Assembly: GCA_051362555.1 (NCBI GenBank)
Contig: CM120645.1
Coordinates: forward strand, 4,774,001-4,838,000
DNA from: Lingula anatina
Taxonomy: Eukaryota; Animalia; Brachiopoda
DNA: 64,000 nt
Direction of reading: 5' to 3'
Made by a program: the position numbers and the translations under genes. This document shows, piece by piece, positions 54,401-64,000 of this stretch (the stretch's first letter is position 1; each line of letters begins with the position of its first letter). The notes beneath the pieces are model-generated. The model searched no databases, was not told the origin of the DNA, and worked only from the letters and a program-made list of their open reading frames with translations.

Positions 54401-57400
54401 GATAGCAAGATACAGATGAACTGAGAGACGGGTTGACAGACAGACAGACGGACATGTGGACAGACAGACTTCTTATCTCACCCGGACATGCTAGCAGCTT
54501 GACTGCTGATCAGTTACATCTCACTGACCACCTGATGCCTTCTACAGATGGTTGGTCAGTTCACAGCTGTGGTCAGTTCACACCTAGAGCTAAGTGATGA
54601 GGCACTGATTAGTAAGTCATGTAATTTATTGACAGCTGACCACCCCTGCTCTGTGTGGACCAAGTGATGACCACCCAACTAGATGTGTATTGGCTTTTGA
54701 AAAGAAAAAAATTGAAAATTAAATGATATTTTAATTTTCTAAAAACATTTTGAAGTTATTTTGAAACCAAATGATAATAGATAGTGATCTTGGTTTGATC
54801 TCGCTTTGTTGTACTTAGATTTTTAGTGTTGACCTTAATTAATGAGTTAGGACAGCAGATAATGATAACATCTTGACCTTTTGGCTAGTGCCAGCTACTT
54901 ACCATCCATGGATGCTTGACCTTACAAGTTGACCTAAATGTAGAGACTTCAAAGTACTCCCAATATCAATCATCAAAGGATTATTTGAGGTGAACCTTAA
55001 GATAAGGTTAATCACAGTGGCTCCCCTTGTTGGATAGCTTGTTGGGGTGGGGGGTTCAATACATTTCATCAATGTAGCCCAAACTTCTTATTGTTTTGAG
55101 CAAGAGATTGGTGTTCATCAACATATCAAAATTTTCAACACATTTTCATTAATATGCCAAAATATGTTATTGTTTTGACTAAAAATTTGGCATTGATAAA
55201 CATTTTAGTGTGTATCAGTTGAAAACCATGGTGCCATGTAAGGCAAAGGGGGCATACAGTCAGTTGGCAGTGCATTGGGCAGTTCTCTTCTTGGGAGATC
55301 TACTGGAGCAGATGGTGGAGAAGCCTTGGAGAACATTAATCAGTGAAAAATATCTACTTTACCCTATGATGAGGTTGTGCCTGCTGGGTTTGTGTTTTGT
55401 TTTTGAGGTGAACTTGGAACGAGAGCTATCATTTACAAGATTGTTACGAATCTGTTAAAGTTCTTCATTTTGGAGTTGTCTTGGGCCTATATGATAGATA
55501 TGTGTTGCTGCTCTCATCTTTGACAAGGTTCTCGAATATTAGGAAATATCTTAGGAACTGCAAGAAAAGTTTGGTATTTCTGTTCTTAATGGATATAGTT
55601 GCACTTTTGCTTTCCTTTGTTTTCATACCTCTCTACATGACTTTTGTAGAGATGGTTATCTGATTTTTTGACTGGAATAGTTGACCTTGCCCTCAGTGGG
55701 CTCAAAGGATCGTCATTTATTGGTAGATATGATCGCCTCACCACGATTGCTGGAAATTTCATGTTGATTTTATGAAAACTGCTTTATTGAGATCTGGAAC
55801 CTTAGGGGAACATTTTGTTCAGCATTACCACCAACTCAAGAAGCAATGCACAGAGTTAGCTATAAGCTGTATAATATAAGGAGTTAAATTTATGACTGAC
55901 AGCATTAGAATAAAAAGATGATTGAAGTGGTTGTACTATGAAACTGATTTCAAGATTATTTTCTGTGCACATTGACTCCATCAGTTGCAAGAAGGAGCGT
56001 CTTCAGTTTTAATCTTATCTGTTCTCTCCTCTGAGTGACTTGTACTGCTGTCAGTTTCTATTACTCTTAACCTGTGGATGTAATAGGAATGGTGTAAAAT
56101 TTCTGACTTGGAAAACCTGCTGGATGAACCATACTTTTTTTCATTTCATGATCCACTCAGATTTCAACTCTGAATGCAGCTTTTTAAAAATGTTTTTATC
56201 GTGGATTTATAGAAAGGGGAGTTCTTGATGAAATAAGCAAAGTGATGTGAAACCATAGGACTTGGAGAAGTGATTTACAAGAATAGTTCTAAATGTTTGA
56301 CTACAATGAATTATTCATAGAAAGACCAAGAAATCATCTGGATAAATCACCCACAAGAAAAAGAAACAGTTGAAGTAATTTACTTAGAATTCTGCTCAGA
56401 AAGTGGTTGAAAATAGGCCTTGTAACTGGTTCTGTGTCTGTAAGGAGTCTTTTATTGCCTCTCAAGTGATGGATGATTTTACGCCTCTTTTGAACTAGAC
56501 AGGAATACCAATAGAAGTAGCACAACTTCTTGGCAGCTGAAAGGTGTTTTTGCCCTTGATTTAAGATTCTTTCTTCTATCAAAGTACCTGAGAAGAAAAA
56601 ATAATGTATTTTTAACTATGTCATAAGTTAAAGTCCTTCTTGTTAATTCTGGGGAATATTGATGGACCCATTTTAAGCCATATCCTAGTATATGCTCACT
56701 TTTGTGCAAACCTCATCAAAACTGGATAGGTAATATGGTGAAAGTTACTTGAGAAAAGTTGCTTAAAATTCATGCAGTCTTGCTTGCTTGATAAACATCA
56801 ATGAAATCACAGAAATGATTAATCCAATTATGTATCAAAATTTGGATATAAGCATTGCATCCCTGGAAAATGCAAATGGAGTCTCAAAGGTAAAACAGTC
56901 TTGTTGAGAGAATTCATGAACCGTGGGCCAAAGCGATTTCATGGTAATTCCCATTACTGGGTCAATTACCAGCAGCAACACTCTGGGAGTTAGGACCTTT
57001 TGAGCAACCTCGTTAACTCTTATGACCAGGTTTTTTTCTTGTTCTTTACCTCCTCCGTGAAAAAAATTAGGATTAATTATAGACCAGACAACTGATGAAA
57101 GTCATTACAGGCTGGAAAACAGTTGATGAAGAAATGCAGACTTAATGTCAAGTTACTGTTTTGAAAGCAACTCCTTCTCCAGGCGAAGATTTTTTTAACC
57201 AAGGATGTTTTTTAACAGTATGGAAGCTGGGGTATACACATTACATAGCCAAGGTGGAAGGTGTAACCATATCGTTGACTTCTAAGGAGTTGGAAGTTTA
57301 TATATATTTGTGTGCTGAGAGGTGCAAAGATATGGGTGATTAACCATCCAGAGAAGGAGGTGGGCTGATTGTACTGAAACAGTTTTGGATATTTATCTTG

Positions 57401-59074
57401 CAGAGTTTTATAAACCGTTGCTTGCTCTCTCTCACTCTCCCTTTTAATGTTGGAGATAAGGTTAGAACAAAGTGAATTTATTGGAATAATTCAGGAGTCT
57501 GCTTTTCAGCACTTCGCTGGGGTTATAACATGTAGTTGACAGAGGAGAGTTATTTGATAATTACTGCTGTCCAGGAGTTGGAACTTTTCATCCTATCCAG
57601 TACAGTACAGTGCACGGAAGGATTCCCTAATATGTTGCAGAACTCGGCAGGGCAGCTGTCGTTGTGTGAAAGATTTCATGATTTAAAAAAATCAGTTTCG
57701 TAAAAGCAGATGAAAGTGATCAAAATGTATGTCATTTCATGGGTCAACACCAATGTCTGTTCCAAGTTAAATGGAACAATCTGTGGATAGATGTTCGAGT
57801 GGAAATTGAAAAGAAGAAATTGAAAAAAAAAATGTTGGAAAAAGTGCAGAATTGGTCATGGGGTTAAGAAGAGGCTTAACTTTTAAATGGAAACAAGCTG
57901 GGGGAAAATGTCAGAACACTTAGTACCGAGAGATTGTGATGTAACACACCATTGGGAATCCCAGCAGAGAAAAAAATACTGTTGCAGTTTATGTAGTGCA
58001 GATTTAGGGTCAGCAAAGATAATGTTACCCCTGCACCTTGTTCGCACTTATTAGTGAGCGCCTTGTTTTTTGACCCATGACCAAAGGACACCAAGAGAGC
58101 TTAGAGAGGATTTGTACTCCTTGTCTTTTAGTGTCAGGACATTTTTGGCATCTGACGTAATAGTAAGAGCACCTAGCGAGGAAGATGATGGCAGCCCCTT
58201 AGCGAACTGTGTGTGTTGGGTTGCATCCAAGCAGAAGGCTGCGAAAGGTGGTTACTTGACTTTTTATTCAAAGAAACATGATTTTGGATGTTCTTGTGCT
58301 TGTACTTGGAATTTGTTGTGTTTACTTTGAGTGTGGTCACTGCAAGTTTAAAACAATAAGGGAGAATTTACGCAGGGAGAGAGAAACTCATTAATCTGTG
58401 GATTTCGGTCTCTCTGGAGTGCAGGGTTAAAGTGGTGTGCACCTCAGATACCTTATGCGGAGAATTCGCAGAGGATTTTCAGAGGAGATATGAGGTTGTG
58501 TGGAATACCTGATTAAAACAACATTGGAAACCTTAGCACCAATACTGAGTAACCGAACTAGAAATATTTACTTTGGAAAACGTGCGTATTTCAGAGAAAT
58601 ATTTTTTTTAAAATCTGTGCTAATATTTCCTTTCCATTCCATCTGGATAACTGTGATGGAGAAATCACAGATACGATTTTCACTGTGTCGACTGGTAGCA
58701 ATCAGCAAATGTCATGTTTCTAATTGAATTACTCCTTCTGGGGGCTCGCCTTGTCAACAGTAACGGCAAAGTGGATAAAATGACATTAGAAGCAAATCTG
58801 CACAAATTCTAGACTTCTTTTCCTCTGGGAATTTACCTTTTGAATAGACCTCACTCAGGTAACTTCTGGGAAATATCTTGAATTTGCAGAAACAGTGTAG
58901 AAATTCTGAGGATTCATCATTACGTTTGTGAAAAATGTTTTATGTCATTAATCTGAAAAAGTCATTCCTGGAAGTCAATCGTTGTCTGTGACATAATGTT
59001 CCAGAAGGGATGAATTTAGATGAGATTATTTGTGGTTATTTTGGACAATACTCGTGTACACAGAGGGTGTAAAA

Positions 59075-59173
59075 ATGTATAAAGTCAGTGAAGATGTGGA
59101 GCTGGCCCTTCAGCAGGGGAAGATGGCCTCCATGTTGTGTTGCGGAAGCAAATGGAGCAAAGTCTCATTCATG
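59075..59173 (+). CDS. Candidate alternative first coding exon (MYKVSEDVELALQQGKMASMLCCGSKWSKVSFM), phase-0 donor
   Basis: AAAATG and AAGATGG starts in frame, 33 open codons, ATG|GTAATA donor then pyrimidine/T-rich intron. Confidence 0.45.
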
Positions 59174-59529
59174 GTAATACAACCAAGTTTTGTTCTTTTT
59201 TTGTTTTTGTCATTCTTTCTTTCTTTCTTTCTTTCTTCTTCTTCTTCTTATTATTATTTTGTGTATGTGTGTCTATGGGCGTACATGTGCATGTTTGTTG
59301 GAATAGTGCCCATTATGCCTATTATGCCCATTATGCCATATACTTTTTCCCCACATTGTACTTGGTTATCAGGAAAGTGTAAACTGGTGTAATGTTGATG
59401 ATGTAAGTCTTTACTTATGGTAGCTGACAATAGTGTGTTCTGTGGGTAGTTGAAGAATTAAGGTGTTCATTTTCCAGTTTATAGTTACACGGCCTTTAAC
59501 CTACACATTGAAAGTAAGGTTAAGATTGC

Positions 59530-59533
<4 letters not shown>

Positions 59534-59614
<81 letters not shown>
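59534..59614. repeat. Compound (GT)n(GA)n microsatellite
   Basis: Perfect dinucleotide runs. Confidence 0.95.
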
Positions 59615-59617
<3 letters not shown>

Positions 59618-59904
59618 TGGGTGTGCTATCAGTTGTGTTGCTGTCTCACCTACCACATTTTCAGCAACATTGAAGGCAACTGCAACTGATGCCTGCATTG
59701 TTTGTTTCATATGTTATTTAATACTCCCACTGCGGTGCCATTCTAAATGTATGGTAATGACATAATGGCAGATAAGCATGGGGTAATGTCTATTTCATAG
59801 GGTGCTCCTCATAATGTAAAGCTGACTAAAAGCAATTGAAATGAAATGAGTCAGTGTTTTATTCTAATGAGTGCTCAACATGCTACCTTTGTGTTTGTGT
59901 ACAG

Positions 59905-59931
59905 TCAGTCAACATGTGGATAGATCTTCAG
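59905..59931 (+). CDS. Candidate 27-nt microexon (SVNMWIDLQ), phase 0-0
   Basis: Acceptor ctttgtgtttgtgtacAG, donor CAG|GTAAGA, open in phase 0. Confidence 0.4.
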
Positions 59932-62670
59932 GTAAGACACTAGACTGAGGATTGTGTTTGCTTTTGTTTTCTTTTTATTAATTTAAAAAAAAAAAGGTGA
60001 ATAAGAACATATAACATACAAAATCCCTATGGATAATGATTATTATTTTCTTGTATGTGAACATCTGGGGTCATAAAAAAGGGTTTCTAACTTAAATCTC
60101 TCTCTCTCTCTCTCTCTTGTCTGGCTGAATTAATTGTTTACAAGGCTACAAGATAAAAATGACAGGTTGTCAATTGAGACACATCAGGTCTTCATTACAC
60201 GCCTGTTAATCAGGCTCCATCAGCATAGGTGATGTATTTTCCCGGTATAATAGAGTAGTTGTAACACTAATAGCAGTACTAATATTCTTTCGATGCTATA
60301 CCTGAAGCAAATTATGGACTCAGTTTATATCTCCCAATTTTTTTTTCAAAAATGTTAAGTATGCATGAAGGTTTTTTTTTTTAAATAGTAACTTGTTGAG
60401 TATGATAGTTTTATCATCAGAAAAACACAGGAGATAATGAATCAACATTTTAATGCTAGCACATTGTTTGTTTTTTATGGTGTAATTAGGGTCTCGGACT
60501 ATATTGAACATATCCTACCTGTCAGGTACTTAGGAAAAATTAATGTACCACAGGTAAGGTACTGCAGTGAGTGATTCAGGTGCAATTAAGAGCCCTGATA
60601 AAACTTCAACTGCCTCAGTTGGAGATTAATTGACTAATCTGTTGTGGAGATTAGGGTTTTTTCTGAAGTCAGCCCTACACAGTGTATTATTTGATGTACA
60701 TGGCCAATGTTGAGGAGGTGATTAGTCATATCCATCATTCTGAGATGTTAGAAAAATAATTACTCTGATCTGATTTTGCAGAATATTGATATTTTTTAAA
60801 TGGGTGTTTGAATTTTGATTTTGTGTTTAAAGAAAACTTTCTACTCGGGTAGATTGAAAAATATATGTTTGTTATTTAGCAGAGAGAGACTCCTCCAAAA
60901 AAAGGTTAATTAGTCTGAGGCTTGTGACCTATTTTGTCATTTTACAAGCATTTGTTGGCTGGTTACACACTTCCTGGTCGGATTTCCGCTTAGAGTATAA
61001 AAAATGCCATGATTTTTTTTTTTCAACAGCGATGTTTTCACCAGGGGGCAGCAGCTGTTAATGGGTTCAGTTCTTTTGGCTCATGCTGTGTCTTGTATTA
61101 CTTTTTAGCAAAGAAGAATTTTAAGGTTTCAAGAACTAACACATTTTTCTTTTCATGTTAGGTGCAAAAATCAGACCTTTAGTTAGTTGTAAATTAATAA
61201 ATAAATAAATAGGTAGATGTGGGAAAATATGTATATAATGATAATGATTCATTGATTATATTAATAATCATAAATGATAAAATGAATAAATGAGTTGATG
61301 AATTTATTTACAAATAATTAATTTACAATTGTTTGTTTTATACAAAAGTTACTTTTTTAAACATCATAACTAAACCCAGGCTTTTTTCTTCTGTACCCTT
61401 TTTTTTTCATCTCTTGCAAGTCAATTGTGTGAGAAGGTTTCCATGTGTTCAGAGCAACACAATGAGGCCGTGTGTAATGGAGGAGTAGAAGATGACAGGG
61501 TAGTTAGCCATGTGTGTGATTCTGTGTAAATAACACAGACAACCTCCCGCTAATTGAATGAGAGGTTCCGAATAAGCCTGCAAATTTATTTGAGTGGAAT
61601 GTGCATAGAGGACTAAAGGATTAAGCCTCTGCAGGAGTCAATTTGGGGAAAAAAAGAGGGAAAATGTATTGTGTGTATTGGATATAATGGAGAATGGATT
61701 TCATTTCATTTGATTTAACAAGAGGAAATACATTTGCAAAAATAAAAAATGCATTGGACAAAATATATTAATCAAACAGTTGGAATGAAAGACTGATGAA
61801 ATGATTAATCTTCCTTATTTAGGCACGGAATAAGAGAAGGAAGAAAGGCTCAAAAACGCTTTCTGCCAATTTACAAAAAAATTGGTTATGTGTGCTTTTA
61901 GAGCTTTTTAAAAAAGTGAGGAATGTTATATGATCAAAGGCATACAAAAGAGGTTAGAGCTAACGAATTTTCAGAGGAAAATTGACTTGGACATGCCAAA
62001 GGTCAAGACGAAATAGCTGTGCTTTGTTTGGGATGATTCAGTTATGATTTGTGCAGTTTCCATGGTAACAGTAGAAATTGTGAAAGGTGAGAACTGCCCA
62101 AGAACAAAGGGTGGTGGTTGAAGGTCAAATTATCATGTCTGAAAGGTGGAAGTGTTTTAGAAAACTCTAGCAGTGGTTTTCAAGGCAGAATTGAGACAAT
62201 TTTGAACATTGGAGAAGGTACAATTTGGATAGTTTGGTTGCTGAACATTCAAGAGCTGCTTGGAGGTTTTGCCGAACATCATGTTACACCCACAAACTTG
62301 TACTTTCTCCATTTCCTTGGATAGGATTGTACAATTACAACCATAATCATAGGAACATTCTGGAAACCCTGGACAGACTGTCCAGTTTGTAGGGATGTTT
62401 GAAAAAACTGAAGTGACTTATGACTTATAAGGGTACACGGAAATATTGCCACATCAACTGCAGACTAGAAAAGAAATGTTTGGCAAAAAAAGTCTTCTAT
62501 ATTTTAATGTTTAAAAACAGTTTACTTAAGATTAATCCATTGGTCATATTAATCCAAATATAACACTGGGTATTGGTGGCTACCTGACAAAATGAGTCAT
62601 TATTTATTTTGATGAATTACAGTGACAAATGGACTGTCATTGAGTGGCACCTGCTGTTGCTGTCTGCTTA

Positions 62671-62927
62671 GGCTTAGTTCACATGCAATGTCTATTTTCT
62701 AATTTCTATTTTCTATTTGCGCTATCTTATGATCACGATCTGTGCCCTGAATATCCCGCCGCGTAATTACTGGCAGCGCGAGCCAGTTACTTATAGTAAC
62801 TTATAGTAACTGGCTCGCGCTGCCAGTAATTACGCCGCGGGATATTCAGGCCACAGACCGTGATCATAAGACATACCGCAAATAGAAAATAGAATTTAGA
62901 AAATAGACATTGCATGTGAACGAAGCC
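62671..62927. mobile_element. Palindromic Harbinger/Tourist-type MITE, 257 bp
   Basis: Whole element is a near-perfect inverted repeat (ggcttagttcacatgcaatgtctattttct ... agaaaatagacattgcatgtgaacgaagcc); TTA TSD at 62668-62670 and 62928-62930. Confidence 0.9.
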
Positions 62928-63359
62928 TTAATGTCAGGTGTTTTGGACACAATGATTACCTGTCAAGGACTTGTATGTAACAGAAAGTCCAACTGCTCTA
63001 ATATTTTTTACTGTAGTCTGTTCTCAGAGCAGCTGCTTCCTTTCGCTGATTGAAAAGGTTGGTGGCAATGTTCACCTGGAAATGTAGTGGACCATGGTCA
63101 TGATCAGAGTCGAGAATGGCAGACGACAGGTGGATGTTACATGGCTGTGAATAGCAGTGACTAAAAAGTATGGACTTTTCTTTTAGGGTTTTTTTGGGGG
63201 GAAAATTCATTTTTGTTTCAAGAAATTTGAAAATTGCAATTTTTTATGGCTTTTGTGGAGGATATGTGCAGAGGAAAAATATGGATAAAACTTATTTGGA
63301 AATTGTATATCAATCTGATGCATAGCTTTGTGATTGTCAGAACTGTTCTCTTTTCTCAG

Positions 63360-63374
63360 GTGAAGTGTTTTGAT
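63360..63374 (+). CDS. Candidate 15-nt microexon (VKCFD), phase 0-0
   Basis: Acceptor ctgttctcttttctcAG immediately followed by GTGAAGTGTTTTGAT and donor GTGAGT. Confidence 0.45.
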
Positions 63375-64000
63375 GTGAGTAAACAAAAGAGAGAGATAAA
63401 AGTTACCCAAGTGTAATGTAATCATGATAGTTGATGTCAAACGAGAAGGCGCGTGTGACGAGTGATCTCCTTAGGTTGACACACCTGACTGCTTCTTTTC
63501 TTCACCACATCTCACATTTACTGTTCTTGACTAATAAACTGTGGCTGAGCACACAGCTTCAGTGATAGACTGGCTGGGGCAAACATTTGTACTGTGTCTT
63601 TACCAATCTACATGATCAGAGAGAGATTTTTGTGACTTGCAAAGCACATAGGAGCTACTAGTAACTGCCTCTGGTTACATATTGCCTTATGCTTCTACTC
63701 TTTGGTAAAGGAGGAAGCACCCAACTCGGTGTTTGATTACACACAGTAGTTCATGGACTCTTTACTTGGGAGAAAGAAGAAGCACCTGTCCTAGTGTTTG
63801 ACTTTTCACACTGAGAAAAAGTCGGGCTCAGCAATGTTGTGATGTTTAACTTATTCTGAGGGGTCTGGAACAGAGTGATATTACAACACAAAGTTACCTG
63901 TGTCTGATTTTGTAACACACAGATACTAACTGGTTTAGGAAGCACATTCCATAGTCAAAATAGTTGGTCGAAGGCAACTCACCAGCAGTGTGATTTTCTG

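Noticed and set aside
54425-54510. (GACA/GACG)n patch as another HINE family
   Set aside because: No subterminal inverted repeats or second copy could be delimited in the window.

Overview
AT-rich, intron-rich animal genomic DNA, most likely a lophotrochozoan such as a mollusc (inferred from the repeat families and HMGB type). Left end, minus strand: a spliced SAMD9/SAMD9L-family innate-immune gene that runs off the window. Reconstructed architecture is CARD - putative LOTUS/OST-HTH - Schlafen-like AlbA_2 - SIR2-like - STAND P-loop NTPase, with a single frameshift at ~1191 separating the effector half from the NTPase half. Upstream on the same strand is a complete six-exon, 214-aa HMGB gene (two HMG boxes plus acidic tail, no cysteines). 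It shares a CpG-rich bidirectional promoter with a probable large plus-strand gene. The remaining ~46 kb looks like the 5' intronic region of that gene, with several candidate alternative first coding exons ending in phase 0 and two candidate microexons; the gene cannot be identified here. Mobile DNA includes three copies of a Helentron-type HINE with ~160-bp internal tandem repeats, Harbinger-type MITEs, a hAT-like element with a 6-bp TSD, and nested insertions. Nearly all short ORFs in the supplied track are spurious.
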